From an uncultured Chloroflexia bacterium (GTDB lineage: Bacteria; Chloroflexota; Limnocylindria; Limnocylindrales; CSP1-4): a stretch of 64,000 nucleotides of DNA. This document shows, piece by piece, positions 21,885 through 33,760 of the stretch; the first letter of the stretch is position 1; each line of letters opens with the position of its first letter. Location: contig CAWEYL010000001.1 of the NCBI GenBank assembly GCA_963813335.1, positions 224,001-288,000 of the forward strand, in the 5' to 3' direction. The position numbers and the translations under genes were made by a program. The notes under the pieces are model-generated. The model saw nothing but the letters and a program-made list of their open reading frames with translations. It did not search any database and was not told the DNA's origin.

Positions 21885-21885
<1 letters not shown>
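19966..21885 (+). CDS. Membrane-anchored GGDEF + HD-GYP c-di-GMP signalling protein
   Basis: Two TM helices around an extracytoplasmic domain; DPLTG, DIDNF, RYGPDEF; HS..VA, LHDIGK, HHERWDGTGYV, VADSFSAMT. Start uncertain. Confidence 0.9.
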
Positions 21886-22859
<974 letters not shown>

Positions 22860-22890
22860 GGCTCGCCGACCCGCTGGTATCCTGCGCCAC

Positions 22891-22978
22891 GGAGAGGTGG
22901 CCGAGCGGTTGATGGCGGCGCTCTTGAAAAGCGCAGAGTCGAAAGACTTCGTGGGTTCGAATCCCACCCTCTCCGCCA
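22891..22978 (+). tRNA. tRNA-Ser(TGA)
   Basis: Anticodon arm GCGCT-CT TGA AA-AGCGC, long variable arm, GTTCGAATC, CCA end. Confidence 0.96.
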
Positions 22979-23047
22979 GCGATCCGACCCGCCGGCGGGC
23001 GGGCTTGACGCATCCGGCGGGGCCCGCCCATACTCCGCCCCTACATC

Positions 23048-23336
23048 ACGAAGAACGGGCTGTGAACGGGACGAGTACCCGTCGCACGTCGACCCAGAGA
23101 CCCGGTGGCTGGTGCGAACCGGGACGACGACGACAGGGAATGGACCCGGGAGCCTCCGGACCGAACGCGGAACTCCGCCAGTAGGCTCCGGCGCAGAGCG
23201 CCAGCGATACAGGGCAGCGCCGATCGGCGATGGTGGCGACACCATCCGACCCGTCGGTCACACGAGTGCGGCATCGCCGAATGAGGGTGGCACCGCGGAA
23301 GGCACGACCTTTCGTCCCGGGACGAATGGTCGTTTC
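23048..23336 (+). promoter_or_regulatory. T-box riboswitch with Trp (UGG) specifier
   Basis: Stem I motifs AGTA, AGAGA, GGTGCGAA; specifier GAA-TGG at 23141-23143; T-box AATGAGGGTGGCACCGCG at 23280-23297; hairpin 23304-23333; promoter TTGACG-18-CATACT at 23005-23034. Confidence 0.93.
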
Positions 23337-23358
23337 CTGATTCCAGAGGCCAACCGCG

Positions 23359-24979
23359 ATGACGACGACGGACCCGCTCAGCCTGGCCCAGGCGAAGCGC
23401 CTCGCCACCGAGGCGGACACGATCCTGCTGCGCGCCACCCGCCCGGCCGACCTCGAGACCCCGATCGGGGCGTTCCTGCGGCTCGACGACGGCGGGCCGG
23501 CCTACCTGCTCGAATCGGTCGAGGGCGGCGAGCGCCTGGGCCGCTATTCGTTCCTCGGCGTCGGACCGCGACGGCTGCTGGAGGTGCGCGACGGCGTCGC
23601 CCGCACGCAGACCCGACCGGTCACGGTCCCGACGTACGCGCCGGACCTGCCGATCGAGACGGCCCCGGCCGCCGACCCGCTCGAGGCGATCCGTGCGTTC
23701 GTGCCGCGCCGCCGGGTCCTGCCGGTCGACGGGATGCCGCGGTTCACCGGCGGCGCCGTCGGGGCGCTCGCCTACGACGCCGTCTCCACCTTCGAGCCGA
23801 CCGTCCCGCTCCCGGGGCGCGACCCCGTCAACGTCCCGCTCGCGGCGTTCATCGAGACAGACCTCGTCCTCGTCTTCGACCACCTCACTCACACGCTCTC
23901 GGCCATCGCCTCGCTGCACACCGAGGCACCCGACCTCGAGGGCCGCTACCGGATCGCCGAGGAGGCCATCTTCGAGGCGCTCGATCGGGCCGGGCGCCCG
24001 TCCGCCGCGGAGATCGCCGGCGCGGCGCGCCGGACCGGTGGGCTCCCGGCGGCTTCGCCGGCGCCGGTCGACACCAGCCTGGGTCGCGAGGCGTACATCC
24101 ACGCCGTCGAGGTGGCGAAAGAGGCGATCGCGTCCGGTGAGGCGATCCAGGTGGTCCTCGCCCGCCGCCAGTCGTTCGACCTGCCCGGCGACCCGGAGAC
24201 GGGCCGCACGCTCGACGGGATCGGGCTCTACCGGGCGCTCCGGCGCGTCAACCCCAGCCCGTACCTGTTCTTCGTCCGCACCCCGACCTTCGAGGTCGTC
24301 GGCGCCTCGCCCGGAGCTGCTGCTCCAGGTCGAGGGCGACAAGCTCACGACCCACCCGATCGCCGGGACCCGCCCCCGCGGCGTCGATGCCCGTGAGGAC
24401 GCGCTGCTCGCGGAGCAGCTCCAGCGCGACCCCAAGGAGCGGGCCGAGCACGTGATGCTCGTCGATCTCGGGCGCAACGACCTGGGTCGCGTGTCGCGGC
24501 CGGGGACCGTGACCGTCAGCAAGTACATGGAGGTCGAGCGCTACAGCCACGTCCTCCACCTCGTCTCGCACGTCGAGGGGCGGCTCCGGCCGGACCTCGA
24601 CGCCCTCGACGCGCTGCGGGCGGTCTTCCCGGCCGGCACGCTGTCGGGCGCGCCCAAGGTCCGGGCGATGCAGCTGATCGCGGCCGCCGAGGGCGAGCGC
24701 CGCGGCCTGTACGGCGGGGCGGTGGGCTATCTCGGCTACGACGGCAACCTCGACACCGCGATCACCATCCGGAGCGCGGTCCTCAAGGACGGCCAGGCCC
24801 ACGTCCACACCGGTGCGGGCATCGTCGCGGGCTCCGTGCCGGAGCGCGAGTTCGAGGAGACCGACCACAAGGCCGCCGCGGTGCGGCGGGCGATCGACCT
24901 GGCGGCGGGCGTCCCCGACGCGCCGACCGCCGACGACGACGCCCCGGCCGCCGAACCCGTCATCGGAGCGCGGACGTGA
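23359..24979 (+). CDS. trpE: Anthranilate synthase component I (frame break near 24311)
   Basis: [26 protein letters not shown] split across frames, [33 protein letters not shown]. Confidence 0.95.
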
Positions 24980-25632
24980 TCCTCGTCATCGACAACTACG
25001 ACAGCTTCACGTTCAACCTCGTCCAGGCGCTGCAGTCGGCCGGCGCGGATGTCCGGGTGCTGCGCAACGACGCGATCGACCGCGCCGGCGTGGAAGCGCT
25101 CGCCGACGATCCGGCGGCGCACCTGCGGGGCATCGTGATCTCGCCGGGGCCAGGCGATCCCGACGACGCCGGCGTCTCGGTCGAGGCGATCCAGGCCGCC
25201 GCCGCGCGGGAGATCCCGGTGCTCGGCGTCTGCCTCGGGATGCAGTCGATGGCGGTCGCGTTCGGGGCGACGATCGTGCGGGCGCCGACCCTCGTCCACG
25301 GCGAGGCGTCCGAGGTGACCCACGACGGCGCGGGGCTGCTGGCCGGCATGCCGCCGGCGTTCATGGCCGCGCGCTACCACTCGCTGGCGGTCGACCCGGC
25401 GACCCTGCCGCCCGAGCTCCGCGTCACCGCGATGAGCGAGGTCGACCGGGTCGTGATGGGCCTGCGCCACACGTCGCTGCCGCTCGAGGGCGTGCAGTTC
25501 CATCCCGAGAGCGTGCTCACCCCGGAGGGCCCGCACCTCCTCGCCAACTTCCTGCGCCTCGCCGGGGAAGGGGAGGCATCGCGGCTCGACGCGGTGTCCG
25601 GTTCGTTCGCGACCGCCGGGATGGCCGAATGA
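24976..25632 (+). CDS. trpG: Anthranilate synthase component II (glutamine amidotransferase)
   Basis: [29 protein letters not shown]. Confidence 0.96.
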   Translation: MILVIDNYDSFTFNLVQALQSAGADVRVLRNDAIDRAGVEALADDPAAHLRGIVISPGPGDPDDAGVSVEAIQAAAAREIPVLGVCLGMQSMAVAFGATIVRAPTLVHGEASEVTHDGAGLLAGMPPAFMAARYHSLAVDPATLPPELRVTAMSEVDRVVMGLRHTSLPLEGVQFHPESVLTPEGPHLLANFLRLAGEGEASRLDAVSGSFATAGMAE

Positions 25633-26702
25633 GCGGCCACGTCCGCGCCGCGCTGGCGACGATCGTCGAGGGCGGCTCGCTGTCGCTCGAGGACGCACGG
25701 GTCGCCATGGGCGAGGTCATGGACGGCGAGGCCACCCCGGCACAGCTCGCCGCCATGCTGATGGGCCTGCGGATGCGCGGCGAGACCATCGACGAGCTGG
25801 CCGGGTTCGCGACCGCGATGCGCGAGCGCGTCGTGCACGTCGATGCGCCCCAGGGCGCCATCGACGTCGTCGGGACGGGCGGCGACGGGAGCGGGACCTT
25901 CAACATCTCGACCAGCGCCGCGCTCGTCGCGGTGGGCGCCGGCGTCGTCGTCGCCAAGCACGGCAACCGGGCGATCACCTCGCAGGCAGGCTCCGCCGAC
26001 GTCCTCGATGCGCTCGGCGTGCGCATCGACCATGACGCCGCGTCAGCGGGCGAGGCCCTCCGGACCGTCGGCTTCGCGTTCATGTTCGCCCCGCGGTTCC
26101 ACCCGGCGATGCGCCACGCCGGCCCGACCCGCGGCGAGATCGGCGTGCGGACCGCGTTCAACCTCCTGGGGCCGCTCACGAATCCGGCCGGGACCACGCG
26201 CCAGCTGCTCGGCGTCGGCGACCCGGCCGCTGCCGCCCGGATCGCCGAGGTCGCCCAGCGGCTCGGGACCGAGCGGACGTTCGTCATCCACGGCGACCGC
26301 GTCGACGAGCTGCCGCTCGACGGGAGCGGCGTGCTCTACCACGTCGCCCCGGACGCCATCGTCCGCCACGAGATCGACGCCGCGAAGCTCGGGTTCAAGC
26401 GGGTGGCCACGGCCAAGCTCAGCGGCGGCACGCCCGGCGAGAACGCCCGGATGGTCGAGGCGATCCTGCGCGGCGAGCCCGGGGCACGGCGCGACGTGGT
26501 CGTGCTGAACGCGGCCGCCGCGCTGCTGGTCGCCGGCGCCGTCGGGTCGATGGAGGAGGGGATCGATCGCGCGACGCTGACGATCGATGCGGGCCTCGCC
26601 GCCGATGCGCTCGAGGCCCTGCGCGCCGAACGGCGGGCCGCCGACGCGGCGGCCGCCACCGCAGCCGAGGCTGGCGCGGACAGCACGAAGGCGCCAGCGT
26701 GA
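25629..26702 (+). CDS. trpD: Anthranilate phosphoribosyltransferase
   Basis: VGTGGDG, FNIST, KHGNR, RTAFNLLGPLTNP; ATGA coupling. Confidence 0.96.
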   Translation: MSGHVRAALATIVEGGSLSLEDARVAMGEVMDGEATPAQLAAMLMGLRMRGETIDELAGFATAMRERVVHVDAPQGAIDVVGTGGDGSGTFNISTSAALVAVGAGVVVAKHGNRAITSQAGSADVLDALGVRIDHDAASAGEALRTVGFAFMFAPRFHPAMRHAGPTRGEIGVRTAFNLLGPLTNPAGTTRQLLGVGDPAAAARIAEVAQRLGTERTFVIHGDRVDELPLDGSGVLYHVAPDAIVRHEIDAAKLGFKRVATAKLSGGTPGENARMVEAILRGEPGARRDVVVLNAAAALLVAGAVGSMEEGIDRATLTIDAGLAADALEALRAERRAADAAAATAAEAGADSTKAPA

Positions 26703-29593
26703 CCGCGACCATCGAGCGGCCGAGGCGCGCCGCACCGCGGAGCGTGGTCGATGAGATCGCCGCGCGTCGGCGCGCCGATGTCGAGCGCGAGCTCGCGACG
26801 AGCGGCCCGGCCAGCCCGGCGGCCCTGGCCGCGGCGCCACCGGTCCGCGGCATCGTCGAGCGGTTCCTCGACCCTGGCCTGCACCTCATCGCCGAGATCA
26901 AGCGTGCCTCGCCGTCCGCGGGGCGCATCGCCGCCGATGGCGACGACATCGTCGCCCGGGCGCGTGCCTACCAGGCCGGCGGTGCCGCGGCGATCTCGGT
27001 CCTCTGCGAGCCGCACTGGTTCGGTGGGTCGGTGGACGACCTCCGCGCCGTTCGTTCGGCCGTCTCGATCCCGGTCCTCGCCAAGGAGTTCGTCGTCGAC
27101 CCGCGCCAGCTCGAGACGCTGCGGCTCGCCGGTGCCGACGCGGTCCTGCTGCTCGCGGTCCTCCATCCGGGCAAGCGCCGCCTGCGCGATCTCGTCGAGC
27201 TGTCGCTGTCGCTGGGGCTGGAGCCGCTGGTCGAGGCGCACGACGAGCGCGAGCTGCGCCTGGCCGTGGATACCGACGCCCGCCTGATCGGCATCAACAA
27301 CCGGGACCTGCGGACGCTCGAGGTGGACCCCGACCGGGCGAGCCGTCTCCGCGCGCTCGTGCCGGACGACCGGCTCGTCATCGCGGAGTCCGGGGTCCGG
27401 TCGGCCGAGACCATCGCCCGCTGGCGGGCGCAGGGTTTCGACGGGGCGCTGGTCGGCGAGGCCCTCGTACGGAGTGGGGATCCGGCCGCGGCCGTGCGCG
27501 CATTCGTGGCGGCCGGAGCGGCGCCCACGGACCTGGCCAACGTCGCGCGTCGCCCGTTCGTGAAGATCTGCGGGGTCGGCGACGCGGGGAGCGCCATCGC
27601 CGCGGTCTCGGCCGGCGCCGACGCGCTCGGCCTCAACCTCGTGCCGGGCACGCCGCGCGCGCTGTCGCTCGACGAGGCCGCGGACCTGGCCCGGACCATC
27701 CGGACCGCGACGGCCGTCGCCGGACGCCCGGCGCTCGTCGCCATCACCGCGGACGCGTCCCCCGCTGAGCTCGCCGCGATCGTGGCCGCGGTGGACCCCG
27801 ACGCGGTCCAGCTGAACGGCCGTGAGCCGGTCTCGGTCGTGGCGTCCCTCGGGCGCCCGGCCTGGAAAGTCCTGCATCTTCCCGCCGAGCCGCCGTCGGA
27901 CGTGCCTGCCGCGGCGGCCCGGCTCTCCGAGACGGGTCGTGCCTATCTCGCCGGCGGTGTCGAGCGCCTCCTCCTCGACACCGCCGGCGGGCCGTACCCC
28001 GGTGGCACGGGCCAGCGTGCGTCCGTCGCGCTGGCGGCCGCCGTCGCCCGCGAGATCCCGGTCGCCCTGGCCGGTGGCCTGTCGCCGGCGAACGTCGCCG
28101 CGGCCCTGCGCGACGTCCCGGCGGTCGGCGTCGATGTCGCCTCTGGGGTCGAGTTGCCCCGCGAGCCCGGACAGCGGCCGCGCAAGGACCCGTACCTCGT
28201 CGCCCTGTTCACAAAGCGCGCCCGAGCGGCGCGCGACGACCGCCCCAACCTCGCGTTCGGCCCGACACCCGTCCACGCGGGGCTCATCGAGGCGGACAGC
28301 CACGGCCGCTGGGGCATGGAGCGCGACTTCGGCGGCCGGTACGTTCCGGAGACGCTGATGGCCGCGCTCGAGCAGCTCGAGCACGCCTACGACGACCTCC
28401 GCCAGGACCCGGTGTTCTGGGCCGAGCTGCGCGAGCTCCTCGCCCGCTTCGCCGGCCGCCCCACCGCGCTCTACCGCGCCGACCGCCTGGCCGAGTCGGT
28501 CCGCGTCGAGGCCGCTCGGCTGGCCGGGGCCGCCGCCCGCGGAGCGCGTGCTCGTGGCGCCACCACCACTCGGATCCCCGGGCTCCGCCTCTACCTCAAG
28601 CGCGAGGACCTCGCGCACACTGGCGCGCACAAGATCAACAACGCGCTCGGGCAGTCGCTGCTGACGCGCCGGCTCGGGAAGTCCCGGGTCATCGCCGAGA
28701 CCGGTGCCGGCCAGCACGGCGTCGCCACGGCCACGGCCTGCGCGCTGCTCGACCTGCCGTGCGTCGTCTACATGGGCGCCGAGGACATCGAGCGCCAGGG
28801 GCCCAACGTGCTGCGCATGCGCGCGCTCGGGGCGGAGGTCCGCTCGGTCACCTCGGGGACGGCCACGCTCAAGGACGCGGTCAACGAGGCGATGCGCGAC
28901 TGGGTCACGAACGTGGAGACCACCCACTACGTCCTCGGCTCGGCGATGGGCCCGCATCCCTACCCGACCATCGTGCGCGACCTCCAGCGGCGGATCGGCG
29001 ACGAGGCCGCGGCGCAGCTCCTGGCCGTCGAGGGCCGGCTGCCGGACGCGGCGATCGCCTGCGTCGGTGGCGGATCGAACGCCATCGGCCTGCTGGCGCG
29101 GTTCATCGGCGAGCCGACGGTCCGGCTCGCGGTCGTCGAGGCGGCCGGCGACGGCATCGAGACCGGGCGGCACGCCGCGGCGATCCTCGGCGGGACGCCC
29201 GGCATCCTCCACGGCTCGCGCTCGCTGATGCTCCAGGACCGCGACGGTCAGGTCGTCGAGGCGCACTCGGCCTCGGCCGGGCTCGACTATCCGGGGATCG
29301 GTCCGCAGCTGGCCGCGCTGGCCGAGGGCGGACGCATCGAAGTGGCGTCCGCCACCGACCGCGAGGCCGTCGCCGCGATGAAGACCACGACCCGGACCGA
29401 AGGGATCCTGCCCGCGCTCGAGACGGCCCACGCGATCGCGGCGCTCCCGAAGCTGCTCGCCGGCACGGACGGCTCGAAGGACCCGTGGCCGGACGAGATC
29501 CTTGCTCTGGTCGGGTTCTCCGGCCGGGGCGACAAGGACCTCGCGGCGCTCGAGCGCTTCGCCGACGTCGAGCCGTGGGCGGACGAGGGATGA
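26699..29593 (+). CDS. trpCFB: Fused indole-3-glycerol-phosphate synthase / phosphoribosylanthranilate isomerase / tryptophan synthase beta chain (964 aa)
   Basis: IAEIKRASPS and GINNRDL (TrpC); VKICG, LAGGL, VDVASGVE (TrpF); FGGRYVPE, KREDLAHTGAHKINN, ETGAGQHG, SAGLDYPG, SGRGDKD (TrpB), all in one ORF. Confidence 0.92.
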   Translation: MTATIERPRRAAPRSVVDEIAARRRADVERELATSGPASPAALAAAPPVRGIVERFLDPGLHLIAEIKRASPSAGRIAADGDDIVARARAYQAGGAAAISVLCEPHWFGGSVDDLRAVRSAVSIPVLAKEFVVDPRQLETLRLAGADAVLLLAVLHPGKRRLRDLVELSLSLGLEPLVEAHDERELRLAVDTDARLIGINNRDLRTLEVDPDRASRLRALVPDDRLVIAESGVRSAETIARWRAQGFDGALVGEALVRSGDPAAAVRAFVAAGAAPTDLANVARRPFVKICGVGDAGSAIAAVSAGADALGLNLVPGTPRALSLDEAADLARTIRTATAVAGRPALVAITADASPAELAAIVAAVDPDAVQLNGREPVSVVASLGRPAWKVLHLPAEPPSDVPAAAARLSETGRAYLAGGVERLLLDTAGGPYPGGTGQRASVALAAAVAREIPVALAGGLSPANVAAALRDVPAVGVDVASGVELPREPGQRPRKDPYLVALFTKRARAARDDRPNLAFGPTPVHAGLIEADSHGRWGMERDFGGRYVPETLMAALEQLEHAYDDLRQDPVFWAELRELLARFAGRPTALYRADRLAESVRVEAARLAGAAARGARARGATTTRIPGLRLYLKREDLAHTGAHKINNALGQSLLTRRLGKSRVIAETGAGQHGVATATACALLDLPCVVYMGAEDIERQGPNVLRMRALGAEVRSVTSGTATLKDAVNEAMRDWVTNVETTHYVLGSAMGPHPYPTIVRDLQRRIGDEAAAQLLAVEGRLPDAAIACVGGGSNAIGLLARFIGEPTVRLAVVEAAGDGIETGRHAAAILGGTPGILHGSRSLMLQDRDGQVVEAHSASAGLDYPGIGPQLAALAEGGRIEVASATDREAVAAMKTTTRTEGILPALETAHAIAALPKLLAGTDGSKDPWPDEILALVGFSGRGDKDLAALERFADVEPWADEG

Positions 29594-30439
29594 CCGTCGC
29601 CGCGCCCCGGGCGCTCGGCACGAACGACACCGTCGGCGCCCGGCGGATCGCGGCGGCGTTCGAGCGAGCCCACGCGGACGGCCGCGCGGCGCTCATCCCG
29701 TACGTCGTCGCCGGCTATCCGGACGCCGAGACGAGCCTGCGTGTCGCGCTCGCGGCGGCCGATGCGGGGGCGGATCTCCTCGAGGTCGGGCTGCCGTACT
29801 CGGACCCGCTCGCCGACGGCGCCACGCTCCAGCGCGCATCGGGTGTGGCGCTCAAGGCGGGCGCGACGCTCGAGGACTCCCTTCGGCTCATCGAGCGCAT
29901 CGGCGCAGCGCGCCCGGACCTGCCGCTGGTCCCCATGGGCTATGCGAACCAGGTCATCGGCGGCGGGGACGGGGAGGCCGTCGCGCGGCGCCTCGCGGGT
30001 GCCGGGGCGGCCGGCCTGATCGTCGCTGACCTGACGCCCGACGAGGGGGCGCCCTTCGAAGCGGTCGCCCGAGACGCCGGTCTCGCGGTCGTCTACCTCG
30101 TGGCGCCGACGACGTCGCCGGCCCGTCGAGCGCTCATCGCGGCCAGGAGCGGCGGGTTCCTCTACTGCGTGTCGCTGGTCGGGGTGACCGGGGCGCGCAC
30201 CTCGCTCCCGCGCTCGGTCGGACGCCTGGTGCGGGACGTGAAGGCGGCCTCGCCGGTCCCGGTCGCCGTCGGCTTCGGTGTCAGCAAGCCCGCCCACGTC
30301 CGGGCGATCGCTGCGGCCGGCGCGGACGGCGTCATCGTCGCCTCGGCGCTCGTGGACGCACTCGGTCCCGACGGCCGCGATGTCGAGCGGTCTCGCCAGC
30401 CTGGTCGGCGACCTGCGCGCGGCGACGCGTCTCGCCTGA
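29590..30439 (+). CDS. trpA: Tryptophan synthase alpha chain (frame break near 30390)
   Basis: EVGLPYSDPLADG, GVTGAR, VGFGVS, ADGVIVASA. Confidence 0.94.
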
Positions 30440-30446
30440 TCCGGGC

Positions 30447-31428
30447 CTAGATCCCGAAGACGGCCTTCGCGGTCCCGCCGCGGATCGCGTCCCGTTCCGC
30501 GTCCGGCAGCGCGGCCGTATTCGCCAGTGACCCGGCGATGTCGTGCACCTGGTGCGGCCAGTCCGTCCCGAACATCACCCGGTCCGCCCCGACCACCGAG
30601 ACCAGGTAGCGCAGGGCGCCCAGGTCGTAGGTGATGCAGTCGTAGTAGATGCGCCGCAGGTAGTCGATCGGGCGCGCCTGCATCCGACGTCGTTCCGGCA
30701 GCTCGACCTCGTCGCCTTTGCCGAACCGCCCGACGAGGTACGGCAGCGTCCCGCCGCCGTGTGCCGCGATGAGTCGCACGTCCGGATAGCGGTCGAGGAA
30801 GCCGTCGAAGATCATCCGGGTGCAGTGCGAGGGTGGTATCGAACATGAACCCGACCGACCAGCTCAGGTCGTACAGGCCCATGTCCATCAGGTCGGCGCC
30901 CGGCGGCTCGCCGGGGTGGACCAGGACCGGCAGCCCGCGCCGGTCGATCTCGGCCCAGATCGGCGCGAACGCCGCCTCGGTCAGGCTCCGGCCGGCGACG
31001 TTGGCGAGGACCATCACGCCGACCGCGCCTTCGTCGCAGCTCCAGGCGAGCTCCTCGACCGCACGGACCGGGTACTGCCACGGCAGCGACGCGAACCAGC
31101 GGATCCGGCGCGGATAGGCGCGTTGCGCCTCGGCCATCGACGCGTTCGCCTCGCGCGCCACGCTCGTGCTCACGGCCTCGCCGCCCCAGTACACGTTCGG
31201 GCAGGTCAGCGACACCACCGAGACGTCGATGCCGGCTTCGTCCATGGTCGCGATGCGGAGGCCGTAGTCGAAGTGGCCGGGCTGCGGGAAGACGACGGGC
31301 GTCTCACCGCGGAAGATCTCCTCGCGACCGTCCGGCCGGATGCCGACGCGGTACGGCCCGCCGGACGCCCGCAGCGACTCGAGCCAGCGACGCGTGAACA
31401 TGTGGGTGTGGACATCGATGATCGCCAT
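30447..31428 (-). CDS. Amidohydrolase_2 family protein (ACMSD/aromatic decarboxylase-like; frame break near 30822)
   Basis: IDVHTH, VLVHP, AHGGGTLP, MFGTDWPH. Confidence 0.88.
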
Positions 31429-31445
31429 GGCGGTAGGGTAGGGGC

Positions 31446-32106
31446 ATGACGGCGAGCGAGCGCGTCGGGATCGGCGTGGAGCGCGGCGCGAAGAAGGCCT
31501 TCGCCTGGGCGCTCGACTGGCCGGGCTGGTGCCGGAGCGGCAAGGACGCGGACCTCGCCCGGGCCGCGCTCCTGGCAGCGGCGCCGCGCTACGCCGTCGT
31601 GGCCGAGGCCGCCGGCCTGGCATTCCCGACGACGATCGAGCTCGATGTCGTCGACACCGTGGCTGGCGACGGCGGCACGGACTTCGGCGTCCCGTCCGCG
31701 ATCACCGCCTCCGACCGGCTCCCGGTCACGGCGGTGGAGGCCGAGCGTCTGGCCGACGCTCGTCGAAGCCGCCTGGACCGTCTTCGAGCGGGTGGCCGCC
31801 GCAGCACCCGCCGAGCTTCGCAAAGGCCCGCGCGGCGGCGGGCGCGACCGCGACCGGATGATCGAGCACGTCGACGGCGGCGACGACGCCTACGCCGGGG
31901 TGATGGGCATCAAGGTGCGCGGGCAGGACCGCGCCGTCCCTGGGGCCGTGGAGGCGATGCGCGCCGCGATGCTCGAGGCCCTGCGCCAGCCGTCCGATGG
32001 CTCGCCGATCGCCAGCCGGAAGTGGCCGCCGCGCTACGCCGCGCGCCGGATCGCGTGGCACGCCCTCGACCACGCGTGGGAGATCGAGGACCGGACCGAG
32101 CGCTAG
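31446..32106 (+). CDS. Conserved hypothetical protein (DinB-like His residues; frame break near 31760)
   Basis: ALDWPGWCRSGK, LRKGPRGGGRDRD..IEHV, RRIAWHALDHAWEIED. Confidence 0.75.
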
Positions 32107-33009
32107 CCCGGGTCGGCCTCGGGTGCGGGAAAGAGCCCGGCGACCTCGGCCGCCGCGATCGGCCGGGCCACATCGATCAGCCCGATCGCGGCCGCCGCCT
32201 CGCCGATCACCTCTGGCGCACGACGACCCGCGGCGCGGAGCTCGCGGATCCCGGTCGCGCCGTCGGCTTTCGATAGCTTCCGGCCATCCGGGCGGCGGAC
32301 CAGCCCGTGGTGGGCAAAGGTCGCCGGGGCGTCGCCACCCAGCAGCGAATCGAGGCGGATCTGCGCCGGCGTCGCCTCGAGCAGGTCCCGGCCGCGGACG
32401 ACCAGGTCGACGCCCTGCCACAGGTCGTCGACGACGACGGCGAACCCGTACGTCCAGTTCCCGTGGCGGTCGCGGATCGGGAGATCGCCGGCGGGCGTCA
32501 CCTCGCCCTCGCACGGGCCGACGAGGGCGTCCATCCAGCGCTCCTTGCCGGCACCGAGGGCGACGCGCAGCACCGGGCCGTCCAGCCCGCGGGCCTGGCA
32601 GCCGCCGGGACACCCGACACCGGACCACGGCTGCCCGTTCGCCACGGCCCAGGCGTCGAAGGTCGCGCGGGAGCAGTCGCAGCCGTAGACCAGGTCGGCG
32701 GCCCGCAGCGTCTCGAGCGCCCCCTGGTACGGCGCGTCGTCGTCGGACTGGCGGATCGGCCCGGAGTCGGCCGTGAACCCGAGCCACGCCAGGTCCTCGA
32801 GCAGCGCCGCGTCGAACGCCGGCCGGCAGCGCTGGCGGTCGTGGTCCTCGATCCGCAGGAGCACCCGCCCGCCCGCGGCGCGCGCCATCCCCCAGACGGC
32901 GATGGCATTGGCGACGTGGCCGAGGTGTAGGAACCCGGTCGGCGCCGGCGCGAACCGGGTGGTCGGCCCGCTCGCGGTGAGCGAGCCCTGGTCGCGTTCA
33001 GTCGTCTGG
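32103..33009 (-). CDS. gluQ: Glutamyl-Q tRNA(Asp) synthetase-like protein (start codon not resolved)
   Basis: TRFAPAPTGFLHLGH, LRIEDHD, CDCSR, VVVDD, VRGRDL, KLSK; no anticodon-binding domain. Confidence 0.85.
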
Positions 33010-33318
33010 GTGGCTCCCGTCGTGCGTCGCGCGGTCGCGCGCTTCGAGCGCCCGCGTGGCCGTCATGAGCCGACGATAGAGCGCGAGGAGATCAGCCTGC
33101 GGCAACGGCCCGGTGTTGGCCATGGACACTCGGAGTAGGACCTCGCGTTCGCGCTCGGCGTCGCGGATCTGGCGCACCCCGGCGGCGTCCTTCGCCCGAC
33201 CGGCCTGGCGGGCCAGCTCGGCCCGTTCGTTGAGCAGCCCCACGAGCTTGCGGTCGAGGGCGTCGATCTTCGTCCGGAGCCGCCGGACCTCGGGGCTCTC
33301 CGGGTGTCGCTCAGGCAT
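32998..33318 (-). CDS. Monofunctional AroQ-class chorismate mutase
   Basis: LRTKIDALDRKLVGLLNERA..K..IRDAEREREVL. Confidence 0.9.
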   Translation of the reverse strand: MPERHPESPEVRRLRTKIDALDRKLVGLLNERAELARQAGRAKDAAGVRQIRDAEREREVLLRVSMANTGPLPQADLLALYRRLMTATRALEARDRATHDGSHPDD

Positions 33319-33760
33319 CTTCGACCCCCTCGCCGTCGGCCCAGCGGGCGATCGCCTCGAGGGCGAGGTGGTAGCCGCGGGCACCCTGGCCCACGATCGA
33401 CTCGAGCGCGATGTCGTGGAGGTAGTTGACCTGGCGGAAGGACTCGCGTTGTCCCGGGTCCGAGAGGTGGACCTCGATGAACGGCCGCTGGACGCCGAGG
33501 AGGGCGTCGCGCAGCGAGACGCTGGTGTGGGTCAGCCCACCGGCGTTGACGATCGCGACGTCGAAGTCGCGCTCGTGCAGCCGGTCGATCAACGCGCCCT
33601 CGTGGTTCGACTGGAAGAAGCCGACCTCCAGCCCCAGCTCGGCCGCGCGCGCTGCGATCCCGGCATGGATCTGCTCGAGCGTCTCGTAGCCGTAGATCTC
33701 GGGCTCGCGCGTGCCGACGAGGTTCAGGTTCGGCCCCTCGAGGACCAGGACGACGGTCAT
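33311..33760 (-). CDS. aroQ: Type II 3-dehydroquinate dehydratase
   Basis: GPNLNLVGTREPEIYG, QSNHEG, THTSVSLRDA, EVHLS. Confidence 0.96.
   Translation of the reverse strand: MTVVLVLEGPNLNLVGTREPEIYGYETLEQIHAGIAARAAELGLEVGFFQSNHEGALIDRLHERDFDVAIVNAGGLTHTSVSLRDALLGVQRPFIEVHLSDPGQRESFRQVNYLHDIALESIVGQGARGYHLALEAIARWADGEGVEDA

Noticed and set aside
26336-29431. Very long antisense or alternate-frame ORFs (also 5131-8016, 6225-9083, 12564-14894)
   Set aside because: Shadow ORFs expected at high GC; Arg/Gly/Pro-rich with no motifs and overlapping clear genes.
30447-31428. Amidohydrolase as a tryptophan-catabolic ACMSD linked to the trp operon
   Set aside because: It is convergent, has its own promoter, belongs to a broad family, and no kynurenine pathway genes are nearby.
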